NCBI RefSeq assembly: GCF_014396165.1
Contig: NZ_CP060715.1
Coordinates: 1,830,001 to 1,862,000, forward strand
Source of the DNA: Erysipelothrix inopinata
GTDB taxonomy: Bacteria > Bacillota_I > Bacilli_A > Erysipelotrichales > Erysipelotrichaceae
Length of the DNA: 32,000 nt
Direction: 5' to 3'
Shown: positions 1 to 9,173 of the stretch, in pieces
Numbering within the stretch: position 1 is the stretch's first letter
How the letters are laid out: the number at the start of each line of letters is the position of its first letter
Notes under the pieces: model-generated
Seen by the model: only the letters and a program-made list of their open reading frames with translations
Told to the model about the DNA's origin: nothing
Database searches by the model: none
Position numbers and translations under genes: made by a program

Positions 1-468
1 CAAGTTATTATCAGAAGTAAATTCAATCATTGTCTTTAGAATGTTTAAGTAATTTGGATTTTCTTGCTCAAGATTAATTGTTTCAAAATGAGCAGATTGA
101 AGTGCGAGAGGCAATTCGAAAATCTCATAATTTTTGAGATATGCAACTTCTTTTTCTATTTCTTGGACAAGTGGAAGTTGATAGAATACTTCAGAAATTA
201 TTCCCGTATTACTGTCATACTCGAGATTAATATAGTTCCCTAGATTGGGATCTTTTTCTAACTGTTCACGTGTAAATGATTCAGCTTTTCGTTTACTTTC
301 CAACCAATTTTTAAATGTGCTGGCATTTTCTTTCACAACATCTTCTGGACAATTATAGTGTTCGATAAATCTTTGAATTTCAGGTTGCTTAACGAGATAC
401 TCCGCGACTTTTTTTGAATACTCTACTTGCTCTTCGTTTAATTCATATTTGAAATTTCTAAATGACAT
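1..468 (-). CDS. dnaI: Primosomal helicase loader DnaI, N-terminal part (3' part of gene lies beyond window start)
   Basis: Minus-strand frame is open from ATG (468..466) to the window edge. Translation MSFRNFKYELNEEQVEYSKKVAEYLVKQPEIQRFIEHYNCPEDVVKEN... resembles the DnaI N-terminal helicase-interaction domain. The start overlaps the dnaB stop (TAATG) and the dnaB-dnaI order matches Bacillus. Absent from the ORF track because it is truncated. Confidence 0.7.
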   Translation of the reverse strand, partial: MSFRNFKYELNEEQVEYSKKVAEYLVKQPEIQRFIEHYNCPEDVVKENASTFKNWLESKRKAESFTREQLEKDPNLGNYINLEYDSNTGIISEVFYQLPLVQEIEKEVAYLKNYEIFELPLALQSAHFETINLEQENPNYLNILKTMIEFTSDNNL

Positions 469-1631
469 TAGGAACCTCCCTTATTAATTAAATCTTTTAG
501 ATTTTGTTTTAATACAGTTACGTCACCTTCAATTTGATCATTTGTTGAATATTGCGGTGGTGCGATTTCAACTTTAACACGTGACTTAGTTGTGGTTGAT
601 TTTGTTTTCTGTAATGGCTTCGCTATTTCTTTTAATGCTTTGTCTAACGAATCAACATTGTTTCGTTTCCAAACCGATGCGATTTTTTCAACATACGAAC
701 GATTGAGATTTTTATTATTCGTTTCAAGAATGTACTCGATGAGAACATTGATAACTTGATTATCAAATCCAAAGTTTTGACTGAGCGAGTGCAATAAATT
801 CCTATCTGCATCAACAATGTAGTCATGATTTTGTTTATATGCTAAGAAACTCAATGGATCTAATTCATATGGGTTTGATACTGTTTCTACAGAAACACGT
901 CCGTAGTTTCTTTCAATAATTCTTTGGAATTTCTTTTCATCAAATGTATTCGAAGAAAAATTCGTAGCAGACATCAAACACGCTTTCATATCAGCGTGGT
1001 TCATTTTATAAAGAGAACCGAATTCTCCGATACACTGTGTCACCAATTGCGTTCTCAAACGTACGGGAAACACGGAAGGAGATAACGATTTATAGAATCC
1101 TTGGACATCAAAACTGTACTCACTCGCACTCTCAGTTTTTTGTCCAGCATCTGAAAATTCTGCCTCTTGGCTTTCATCCCAAGAAGATAAGCGTGTAATA
1201 TCGAACGACGATGAAATTTCTTTTCCCTGATCAATTAGTAAACTTGATTGATAAAACATGGATTTTTCTATAAAAGCATCGTGTCCCATCACAATCGCAT
1301 AAAGTCTACCAAATGTTGGATGAAGTAAAAATTCGCTCGGAATAAGTGGTCGATTCAACACAATATTATAGTTGTTTGTGTCGATATCAAAAGTTCTAAT
1401 CAAAGCAAACTTTTCAAGTTCTTTACGAACAAGTTGAAGTTCTTCAATATCGAACTGTAAGTAAGTGCTCAAATCTCGAACATCAATGCCCCCTTCTCGA
1501 ATTCCAAATTGATAAAGAGAAAGATACAAACTCATAGCTGGAAAAGCAAAGAGTGGTTGGTATAAGAGCGCCAATGACTCGTACTCATCCGGCGCTAACT
1601 TGAAAGCAACATTCACATTATATCTTTTCAT
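468..1631 (-). CDS. dnaB: Replication initiation and membrane attachment protein DnaB (Firmicute DnaD-like family, not the helicase)
   Basis: 387-aa ORF with GGAGGA SD 5 nt upstream. Lies between coaE and dnaI as in Bacillus. The C-terminal part (NLLHSLSQNFGFDNQVINVLIEYIL...VEKIASVWKRNNV) looks like a DnaB_2/DnaD-type repeat. Confidence 0.8.
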   Translation of the reverse strand: MKRYNVNVAFKLAPDEYESLALLYQPLFAFPAMSLYLSLYQFGIREGGIDVRDLSTYLQFDIEELQLVRKELEKFALIRTFDIDTNNYNIVLNRPLIPSEFLLHPTFGRLYAIVMGHDAFIEKSMFYQSSLLIDQGKEISSSFDITRLSSWDESQEAEFSDAGQKTESASEYSFDVQGFYKSLSPSVFPVRLRTQLVTQCIGEFGSLYKMNHADMKACLMSATNFSSNTFDEKKFQRIIERNYGRVSVETVSNPYELDPLSFLAYKQNHDYIVDADRNLLHSLSQNFGFDNQVINVLIEYILETNNKNLNRSYVEKIASVWKRNNVDSLDKALKEIAKPLQKTKSTTTKSRVKVEIAPPQYSTNDQIEGDVTVLKQNLKDLINKGGS

Positions 1632-2202
1632 TCAGTTCCTCCATTTCTTTAAGCAAATCATTGATTGTTTGGTGTAGATTATCAATCGTACCATCATTAT
1701 TAATGAATACATCTGATTTGCGAATTTTCTCGTTCTCATCAAGATGACGATTCATTCTTTGATCTGCGTCTTGTTGATTAAGACCTCTTTTGCTCAATCG
1801 TTTAATTCGAAGATCATAGGGTGCGCTAACCATCCATATTTTATCAAATAATGATTCCATTTTCGCCTCAAATAGTAAAGGAACTTCAAAAAATACGATG
1901 GATTCAGTATTAATGGATTGAATTTCTTGTGTAATAAGTGGAAAAACTTGAGATTCTAACCACATTAACATTTCACGATTACTAAAAACATAGAATGCCA
2001 TTTTCTTACGATCAATTTCGAAGTTTTCGTCAAGAATGTCTTCACCAAATTTTTCAAGCAGTATTTCATAGAGTGCGTGACCTTTTTGGTAATAGGTATG
2101 AGCCATTTTATCGGTATCGTAGACACGATAACCAAGTTCTGCAAGATACTTACCCACTTGAGACTTACCGCCCCCTATAGTTCCTGTAATCGCTATTTTC
2201 AT
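1618..2202 (-). CDS. coaE: Dephospho-CoA kinase
   Basis: MKIAITGTIGGGKS P-loop N-terminus. I place the start at ATG 2202 (AAGGTGA SD, ATGA overlap with the mutM stop) rather than the ORF-track start at 2220. Confidence 0.9.
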   Translation of the reverse strand: MKIAITGTIGGGKSQVGKYLAELGYRVYDTDKMAHTYYQKGHALYEILLEKFGEDILDENFEIDRKKMAFYVFSNREMLMWLESQVFPLITQEIQSINTESIVFFEVPLLFEAKMESLFDKIWMVSAPYDLRIKRLSKRGLNQQDADQRMNRHLDENEKIRKSDVFINNDGTIDNLHQTINDLLKEMEELNEKI

Positions 2203-3020
2203 CGTTTCACCTTTTGGCATTTCGGACAGAATACGGTTGAACGACCTCCAACTACAATTCGAACCATTGGCGTTTCACAACGAGAACAAGGTTCTCCTTC
2301 TTGACCATAAGCTTTAAGAGTAATTTGAAATCTTCCCGTAACATTTAATGCAGAGGTATAGGAACGAATCGTTGTTCCTCCTGCTGCAATCGCATTTTCT
2401 AAAGTGTTTCGTGTTGAGTTAATGATTAACTCGCATTGTTTTTTTGTTATTTTATTTCCTTTAGTTAACGGATGAATTTGAGTATCAAATAAAATTTCAT
2501 CCGCATAAATATTTCCAATTCCCGTAATAATGCTCTGATCTAATAAAATCAGCTTGATAGCTCGTGTTGATTTATGAATTGCTTCATACAAATAACTACT
2601 TGTTAAATGAGTATCCCATGGCTCAAATCCTAATTTTTTTCTCATGAAATAAGAATCAGGATCTTTAGTTACTGCCATTCTCGAAAATTTACGAGTATCT
2701 AAATAATGAATCTCATGATGTTCAGTTTGCATGAGTAAGTGAGTATGCTTGGTTAATCGGTGATGTGTTCCATAGAGATGAAACTTCCCTTCCATTCGTA
2801 AATGAATAATCCAATAATATCCATCAGAAAACTCAAAACACAAATATTTTCCACGACGATGGAATCCCACGAATTTTTTGCCTTCAAGAATTTCCATCGG
2901 ATACATACTATCAGTTTCTAAAAGAGGTTCATACATCAACTCGACATGATTGACTGTTTCATTCAACAACGATTTTTCCAATGTTCTTACAATCGTTTCT
3001 ACTTCTGGTAATTCTGGCAT
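2199..3020 (-). CDS. mutM: Formamidopyrimidine-DNA glycosylase (Fpg/MutM)
   Basis: Start placed at MPELPEVETI (the catalytic N-terminal Pro requires Met-Pro) with a GAGGA SD. The ORF-track start at 3053 would overlap polA. C-terminal zinc finger CSRC...CPKC is present. Confidence 0.92.
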   Translation of the reverse strand: MPELPEVETIVRTLEKSLLNETVNHVELMYEPLLETDSMYPMEILEGKKFVGFHRRGKYLCFEFSDGYYWIIHLRMEGKFHLYGTHHRLTKHTHLLMQTEHHEIHYLDTRKFSRMAVTKDPDSYFMRKKLGFEPWDTHLTSSYLYEAIHKSTRAIKLILLDQSIITGIGNIYADEILFDTQIHPLTKGNKITKKQCELIINSTRNTLENAIAAGGTTIRSYTSALNVTGRFQITLKAYGQEGEPCSRCETPMVRIVVGGRSTVFCPKCQKVKR

Positions 3021-3021
3021 G

Positions 3022-5535
3022 TTAATCCTCGAACCAATTCTTTCCAGTAGCAACCGAGACTTTTAACTTCACTGGCCAATCTACGATATTTTCCATAACA
3101 TCAACCATCATTGGAACCACACGGTCGAGTTCTTCATCTTTGACATCAAAAATCAATTCATCATGTACTTGAAGAATCATTTTTGACTCAAATTGGTTAT
3201 CATGTAATGTTTTCTCAGCTTTTATCATAGCAAGTTTAATAATGTCAGCTGCCGTTCCTTGAATAGGAGCATTCATTGCTGCACGTTTCCCAAATTCTTT
3301 CACTGCACGGTTTTTATCATAAATTTCGGTAATATATCGACGACGATTAAAGAGTGTTTTAACATAGCCGTTTTCTTCACAATCTATGACGACTTCATCC
3401 ATGTATTTTGTAATATTTGGATATATTTCATTATATCGATTAATAAATTGAGTTGCTTCCTTGACAGGTATATCAAGTTGTTTTGATAAACCAAAGCCTG
3501 ACATTCCATAAACAATTCCAAAGTTTACAGATTTTGCCTGACGTCTCATAAGACTCGTAATTTCATCTGTACCAAATATTGCTTTTGCAGTTTCAGTATG
3601 AATATCTTTATCATTATTAAAGGCATCTAACATTTGTTTCTCATCAGCTAAGTAAGATAAAACTCGTAATTCAATTTGAGAATAATCAATGGATACAAGT
3701 GTTGATCCTTCTGATGCCACAAACGCTTTTCTAATTTCTCGAGTTTCTTCATCGCGAACGGAGATGTTTTGTAAATTCGGCTCCGAAGATGATAAACGTC
3801 CTGTTTGCGTTGCATGTTGATTATAAGTTGTGTGAATCTTCATATCTGAGGAAATATGTTTCACAAGTCCAATTGCATAGGTACTATAGAGTTTTTGATA
3901 TTTTCTATATTCTAAAATCGGAGTAATAATTGGGTGTTCTGATTCCAGGCTTTCGAGAACATCCACAGCTGTTGAACTCTTTTTCTTAGTTGGAAGTCCA
4001 AGTTTATCAAACAGTACTTCTGCTAGCTGTTTGGGTGAATTCAAGTTAAATGATTCACCCTCTACATAACCAAAAATTTCATCTTGTAAACGATCAATCT
4101 TTTCTTTTGTTTCATCCGCAATACGGTCAAGAACAGATTTATCAACATGAATACCGCGGTACTCACATGCTGCAAGAATTGAGACAAGCGGTAGTTCAAT
4201 ATCTTGATATACATGTACAACTTCATCATTTTGAGCCTTTGCTATTAAAGTTTCATACAAAGATTTTAAAGATTGAGTGAAAAGATAATCTCTTTTTTCT
4301 TCATCATATGCTTCAAACCATAAATTATATTCATCTTTCATTTTATCGAGAGTCGTAATCGATGAATCTACGATAAATGAAAGCAATGAAAGGTCTTGTA
4401 CTTTTGTGGTAACCGGCATGTGATACTCTAGAGCAAATCGGTAGATTGGTTTCGAATCAGAACAAATGATTTCGCCACCACAGTTTAATAATTCCTTAAA
4501 TTCAGTACGAGTCACCATTTCAGCAAGCGTCAAATAAGCAAATTTGTTATCTGATACGAGGTATACACCTCTTAATTGTTGCTTTTTATCCAAATCAGGG
4601 TGAAGATTAATGACTTCTTTCAACCAACTTGAATCGAATTCAGAAAGCACAATCTCAATATCCTCTTTTATTTCTTCTGTTTCATAATCTTCAGTAATCA
4701 AGGAATTCATATCATACTTACGATAGAACGCATTAAGTGTTTGAAGGGGTGCTGTATAGGCAATTTCTTCCAACTCCAGTTCAAAAGGAACTTCAGTTTC
4801 AATTTTTGCTAAATCATATGACATTCTAGCCTGATCTTCAAACTCGCGAAGTTTCTCACCCATTTTTCCTTTGATATCATCTTTATGATCATAAAGGTTT
4901 TCAAATGTACCATACTCTTTAATTAACTTTAATGCAGTCTTTTCACCAATTGAAGGCACTCCAGGAATATTATCACTGGTATCTCCCATCAATGCTTTAA
5001 TATCAACAATCTGACTAGGTGTAATCTCCATTTCTTCATAGAGTGCTTCAGTAGTCATTGTCTTAATTTCAGTTAATCCTTTTTTCATCAATAAAACATC
5101 AGTATTTGGAGCAATAAGCTGTAACATATCCCGATCACTTGTAAGAATCTCAATGCGATCATTTGGAAATTTATTTGACATCGTTCCAATAATGTCATCT
5201 GCTTCATAGCCACTTAATTCAAATCGTTTAATAGGATAGGAATCTAAAAATTCACGAACTAAAGCAAATTGAGATACAAGCTCTTCATCCACTTCTTTTC
5301 GAGTTCCTTTATAATCTGAAAACATATTATGTCTAAAAGTTTTATCCTTTGTATCAAACGCAACCAAGATGTGTGTTGGTTTTGTAATCTCAATGGCTTT
5401 GTCCAACATGGTGGAAAAACCGAAAACAGCATTAGTGACGACGCCACTGCTCGACTTCATGTATCCACGCGACATAGTTCCATAATAAGCTCTGAAGAGC
5501 ATCGAGTTTCCATCAATAACTAATATTTTATTCAT
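3022..5535 (-). CDS. polA: DNA polymerase I
   Basis: 837 aa. 5' nuclease motif GYEADDIIGT. Polymerase motifs A (DYSQIELRVL), B (RRQAKSVNFGIVYG) and C (QVHDEL). Confidence 0.97.
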   Translation of the reverse strand: MNKILVIDGNSMLFRAYYGTMSRGYMKSSSGVVTNAVFGFSTMLDKAIEITKPTHILVAFDTKDKTFRHNMFSDYKGTRKEVDEELVSQFALVREFLDSYPIKRFELSGYEADDIIGTMSNKFPNDRIEILTSDRDMLQLIAPNTDVLLMKKGLTEIKTMTTEALYEEMEITPSQIVDIKALMGDTSDNIPGVPSIGEKTALKLIKEYGTFENLYDHKDDIKGKMGEKLREFEDQARMSYDLAKIETEVPFELELEEIAYTAPLQTLNAFYRKYDMNSLITEDYETEEIKEDIEIVLSEFDSSWLKEVINLHPDLDKKQQLRGVYLVSDNKFAYLTLAEMVTRTEFKELLNCGGEIICSDSKPIYRFALEYHMPVTTKVQDLSLLSFIVDSSITTLDKMKDEYNLWFEAYDEEKRDYLFTQSLKSLYETLIAKAQNDEVVHVYQDIELPLVSILAACEYRGIHVDKSVLDRIADETKEKIDRLQDEIFGYVEGESFNLNSPKQLAEVLFDKLGLPTKKKSSTAVDVLESLESEHPIITPILEYRKYQKLYSTYAIGLVKHISSDMKIHTTYNQHATQTGRLSSSEPNLQNISVRDEETREIRKAFVASEGSTLVSIDYSQIELRVLSYLADEKQMLDAFNNDKDIHTETAKAIFGTDEITSLMRRQAKSVNFGIVYGMSGFGLSKQLDIPVKEATQFINRYNEIYPNITKYMDEVVIDCEENGYVKTLFNRRRYITEIYDKNRAVKEFGKRAAMNAPIQGTAADIIKLAMIKAEKTLHDNQFESKMILQVHDELIFDVKDEELDRVVPMMVDVMENIVDWPVKLKVSVATGKNWFED

Positions 5536-5572
5536 TCCTTTACCCTCTTTCTAAGAAATAAAACCCTTGTGA

Positions 5573-6541
5573 TTACTGAGCAGCAATCGTTTCAAGGGTT
5601 TCTAAGTTTTGATACATTTTATAGATATATGTTTGTTTATCTTTCATTTCCGCATCTGTCAATGTATAGACCGAACTTAAATTGATTGTTTTTAGATCCA
5701 GCTCTGTTTTTAACTGATTAAATAATTTGACATAATCGTCGGGCATGCCTTCTTCGTATGCAATATATCGCACATCGTCAGCCATAATACGAGTTCTAAT
5801 TTCTTGTAAAGCCGTTTCATCCGGTAATACCCCATAGCGTGAAATAGTCATTGGATAAACTTCCACATTATAGCTCTTTTGCCAGTTACCAAAACTTGGA
5901 GTCATGGTTACAACTCGAATTGGTTTGTGATTTGATTTCAGTTTATTGTAATGAGCTTGTAAATCTGTAAGCTCAACTTCTAGCTCATTGAATCGTGTTT
6001 CAAACGTTTTACGTTCATCAGGATACGTTACATCAAGCCAATCTTTGATTGATCGTGCCATTGATGTCATTGCTAATGGATCCATCCAAAGGAACGGATC
6101 ATTTTCATACAAGTCAACATCTTCCGGTTTAATTCCATCATAGTAAGGCGATTCTGTTGTAACTACTTGTCCACTAATTTCACTTGTTGTGTAACGTTGG
6201 AAACGGTAAAGCGTTGATTTCTCAGCTAGGTCAACCATTTCAATTTTTGAGTTATCGCTCATAACATCACGATACATTTCCCAGTAGGGTTGTAATTCGT
6301 TGATATAAAAGATTGCATCCGCATTTTTCAAGATTTCTTGATAATTCGGATCGATTGTAGCACGTTGTGGAACAGATCCCTTATCAATACGTTGAACGTT
6401 AACACGGTCTCCCGCAAGGCGCTCAAATAAAAATTGAACCGGATAATTTGTAACTACAACATTTTTATTTTTAGGCACACATCCTGTCATTACTGTCATC
6501 AGAATGGCACTCACACATATCATCTTGATTATACGTTTCAT
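5573..6541 (-). CDS. ZnuA/TroA-fold (cluster A-I) solute-binding lipoprotein, orphan and apparently lacking the metal-ligand histidines
   Basis: Signal peptide plus lipobox (LMTVMTG-C21). VVVTNYPVQF..., DPFLWMDP and VVTMTPSFGNW align by eye with the conserved ZnuA/PsaA blocks. AAGAGG SD. No ABC ATPase or permease gene adjacent. Confidence 0.7.
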   Translation of the reverse strand: MKRIIKMICVSAILMTVMTGCVPKNKNVVVTNYPVQFLFERLAGDRVNVQRIDKGSVPQRATIDPNYQEILKNADAIFYINELQPYWEMYRDVMSDNSKIEMVDLAEKSTLYRFQRYTTSEISGQVVTTESPYYDGIKPEDVDLYENDPFLWMDPLAMTSMARSIKDWLDVTYPDERKTFETRFNELEVELTDLQAHYNKLKSNHKPIRVVTMTPSFGNWQKSYNVEVYPMTISRYGVLPDETALQEIRTRIMADDVRYIAYEEGMPDDYVKLFNQLKTELDLKTINLSSVYTLTDAEMKDKQTYIYKMYQNLETLETIAAQ

Positions 6542-6582
6542 ACAAACCTCTTTTCAAAAACAATTATACACTAATTCAGACC

Positions 6583-7701
6583 TTAAAGTTGCCAATTGTT
6601 ACGTTTTAAATCACGAACAGCACGAATTGCGAAGTAAGTTGGCATAGATAAGAGAATTCCTACAAATCCAAAGAGCACACTTCCCGCAAAGAATACAAAC
6701 AATGATGAGATTGGATCAACCTTATCACGTTTCGAATAAACCATTGGTGAAATCAAATATCCATCCACTTGAGACATTACCATCAATGCAATGGTTAGCG
6801 TAATAACACGTGGCATTGGTAATGTTAACGCAGTTAGAACTCCAAACACATGAACAACTGTAGGTCCAATATAAGGAATTAGTAATCCAAGTGCCGTAAG
6901 CACACCTAATACTAGCGCATAAGGATGTCCAACTAGAGTATATATTAAGCCATATTCAACACAGGTAATTGTCATAATGAATATTAACGTTCTAAGATAT
7001 CCTAAAACTGCACGGTTAATTACAATAATTGATGCTGATAAACGCGGCGAAACTTTATGAGCCATATTCACAACACCACGTGTTACTCGTTCATAATCAA
7101 AGATAAAGTACATACCAATAATAAATGAGAACAATGCTGTCGTTAGAATTGAGAAGAATTGACCAACAAATTGCGATACCAATGCAGGTAACGAAGGTAT
7201 TGAATCAATTAATCCTTTCAACACATTAATAACTTGGTTAAAAATATCTGTTACCCAAGGTTCTGATGTTCCATTATTCCACATTTGATATTCTCTAAAT
7301 AATTTTTGTACACCATCAACACTCGTCGAGAACAATACTGAAATATCTTCATATAATGTTGGAATAATTGATGAGAATAGTAATACTAATATAAAAATAA
7401 AACCTAGCAGTGTTAATGGAACACTGATTGCTGGTTTAATCTTGTATTTCTCAAAAAACAAAGTAACAGGACGTAAGATATATGCAATCCCAAATCCAAT
7501 AATAAATGGTTTTAAAATACGCATCAATAATACGTATGCAGTATTCCAAACTGGCCATGTTAAGTTTAATAAATAAACAACGAGTAAAACCACAAGTACA
7601 GGAATCAGTCGTTTTGCCGTAATTTTTTCGTCAAACCAATCACGGATTCGATACATTTTCGGACTTAATTTCTTAGGTTCTTTTTCATTGGAATTTTCCA
7701 T
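6583..7701 (-). CDS. AI-2E family transporter (PerM/UPF0118)
   Basis: 372 aa with about 8 TM segments and typical AI-2E layout and motifs (FIIGFGIAYIL, LIPYIGP). AAAGGAG SD. Confidence 0.8.
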   Translation of the reverse strand: MENSNEKEPKKLSPKMYRIRDWFDEKITAKRLIPVLVVLLVVYLLNLTWPVWNTAYVLLMRILKPFIIGFGIAYILRPVTLFFEKYKIKPAISVPLTLLGFIFILVLLFSSIIPTLYEDISVLFSTSVDGVQKLFREYQMWNNGTSEPWVTDIFNQVINVLKGLIDSIPSLPALVSQFVGQFFSILTTALFSFIIGMYFIFDYERVTRGVVNMAHKVSPRLSASIIVINRAVLGYLRTLIFIMTITCVEYGLIYTLVGHPYALVLGVLTALGLLIPYIGPTVVHVFGVLTALTLPMPRVITLTIALMVMSQVDGYLISPMVYSKRDKVDPISSLFVFFAGSVLFGFVGILLSMPTYFAIRAVRDLKRNNWQL

Positions 7702-7734
7702 AATAATTCTCCTTTGATATCATAATATCATAAT

Positions 7735-8265
7735 TTAGCGAACATATATATTTTGCGCCTGTTTTAATATCGAAGAATGCATTTTTTGATAAAGTTTCAA
7801 AGGAATTACACAAAGTATCACATTACCCAGTATTACCCAGAAAGTTCTAAATGCGAGAAACGACATAAATGAGGTCTGCAAATTCTTAGTTAATACAATT
7901 AGAATGTACAGTGCTACTTCTTTTATAAAAAGACCTACGACTCCAATTAGAACATATTCGAAAGTGGAACTTCCAATATGTCGATCCCACCAACGTAAGA
8001 TAATAATTGTGCCTGTATAGGCAATCATAAATACAGGGAAAGTACTGACATGAGTCAAGTCCATCCATAACCCTAAAAGAAATGCTTTGATAACAGATTC
8101 TAATTTACTATCATTTTGCGTTAGTAAGATAAGACCCAAAAAGTGTAAATTACTAATAAATAGGATCTTTGAACTTAGAAACTCATTTACGAACACATTT
8201 AGAAATGAATCAAGGACTAAAAGTGCGCTTAAATATACAAAATGAAGAAATCTTATCTTCCTCAT
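7735..8265 (-). CDS. mreD: Rod shape-determining protein MreD
   Basis: 176-aa polytopic membrane protein. Its start overlaps the mreC stop by 4 nt (ATGA). Confidence 0.75.
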   Translation of the reverse strand: MRKIRFLHFVYLSALLVLDSFLNVFVNEFLSSKILFISNLHFLGLILLTQNDSKLESVIKAFLLGLWMDLTHVSTFPVFMIAYTGTIIILRWWDRHIGSSTFEYVLIGVVGLFIKEVALYILIVLTKNLQTSFMSFLAFRTFWVILGNVILCVIPLKLYQKMHSSILKQAQNIYVR

Positions 8266-9101
8266 GGTTTTTTCACCACCGAAACATAATTCAAGGCATT
8301 AAAATCGACTAACGATTTAGCATAGACTGTAATCCCTGCACCATCTGCTACTTCTTTAACAGAATCAACATTTCCTACAAAGAGCCCTGCAGGATACACC
8401 CCTCCTAATCCAGATGTGGAAATAACCATATCAGGAGTAATAGAGATATTTGTTTGTAGAAGACTTATTGTAAATAAATTTGTATCTTTGTTATAAGATT
8501 TCAGAATCCCTTGAACAAAACTTCCGGATGGTTCTTGAATTTTAACTGACATTTGCGAATAATCATCGTTTGCAACAATAAGTGAAACTACCGATGTTTT
8601 CGCATCAACCTTTATGACTCGACCCACGATTCCTTTTGGAGTTACAACACCATCACCAACTTCGATGCCATCATCACTTCCGCGATCAATAGTAACGGCA
8701 CTATCCCATGTTTCGCTTGATCGATTCATAACTGTCGCATTAATTAAGGTATATTCAGAGTGAATTGTTTTTAGATTGTTAAGTTCCTTTAATTCATTAA
8801 CTTCATGTTGCAATTCATTGAGTTGCGCTTGCCAATGATTCACAGCATCTAATTGAGATCGCAATTGATCGTTTTCATAGCGTACATCCCACATTGTTGC
8901 TACATCATTGCTAACGTTTCCTACTGTTTTAATTGGCTTATCAAATATGCCATAACGTATCATTGAAACGAAACTAAAAAAACTACGGTCCGCACTTTGA
9001 TAATAGGCATTATTTTTAATAAAACCCATTCCAATCAAAGATACTACCGAGAAAGCTATAAAAAATAATACTACACGTTTAAAAACATTTTTTCGTTTCA
9101 T
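8262..9101 (-). CDS. mreC: Rod shape-determining protein MreC
   Basis: 279 aa: N-terminal TM, coiled coil (QLDAVNHWQAQLNELQHEVNELKELN), then beta-rich domains (GIVGRVIKVD..., SGLGGVYPAGLFVG). Confidence 0.9.
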   Translation of the reverse strand: MKRKNVFKRVVLFFIAFSVVSLIGMGFIKNNAYYQSADRSFFSFVSMIRYGIFDKPIKTVGNVSNDVATMWDVRYENDQLRSQLDAVNHWQAQLNELQHEVNELKELNNLKTIHSEYTLINATVMNRSSETWDSAVTIDRGSDDGIEVGDGVVTPKGIVGRVIKVDAKTSVVSLIVANDDYSQMSVKIQEPSGSFVQGILKSYNKDTNLFTISLLQTNISITPDMVISTSGLGGVYPAGLFVGNVDSVKEVADGAGITVYAKSLVDFNALNYVSVVKKP

Positions 9102-9116
9102 TTAATCACCTCTTTT

Positions 9117-9145
9117 ATTATACGAAAGCGCGACCCTTTTTACAA
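9117..9145 (-). promoter_or_regulatory. Putative sigma-A promoter for mreCD
   Basis: On the minus strand: TTGTAA, 17 nt, TATAAT, about 15 nt upstream of the mreC SD (AGAGGTGA). Confidence 0.4.
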
Positions 9146-9173
9146 ACAAAAGAATAAGAGAAACCTCTTATTC
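9142..9173 (-). terminator. Intrinsic terminator after radC
   Basis: Minus strand GAATAAGAG-gttt-CTCTTATTC (9-bp stem containing the radC TAA stop) followed by TTTTGTTTG. Confidence 0.6.

Noticed and set aside
2203-3053. Longer ORF-track starts for coaE (2220) and mutM (3053), and likewise pknB (20682), gmk (25391) and DUF421 (30777)
   Set aside because: In each case the downstream start has a proper SD and matches the conserved N-terminus, or avoids overlap with an upstream gene or terminator. Examples are Met-Pro for Fpg and the P-loop spacing for CoaE and Gmk. The extensions are read-through of upstream sequence.
5561-5600. Possible terminator (AACCCTTG ... CAAGGGTT) after the ZnuA-like gene
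   Set aside because: It has an 8-bp stem but a 24-nt loop spanning the stop codon, and a weak U-tract. That is too uncertain to annotate.
7717-7732. Tandem 8-mer ATATCATA x2 between mreD and the AI-2E transporter gene
   Set aside because: There are only two copies in a very AT-rich 33-nt spacer. It may merely provide -10-like hexamers (TATGAT/TATTAT on the minus strand) for an internal promoter. That is not enough to call a repeat element.
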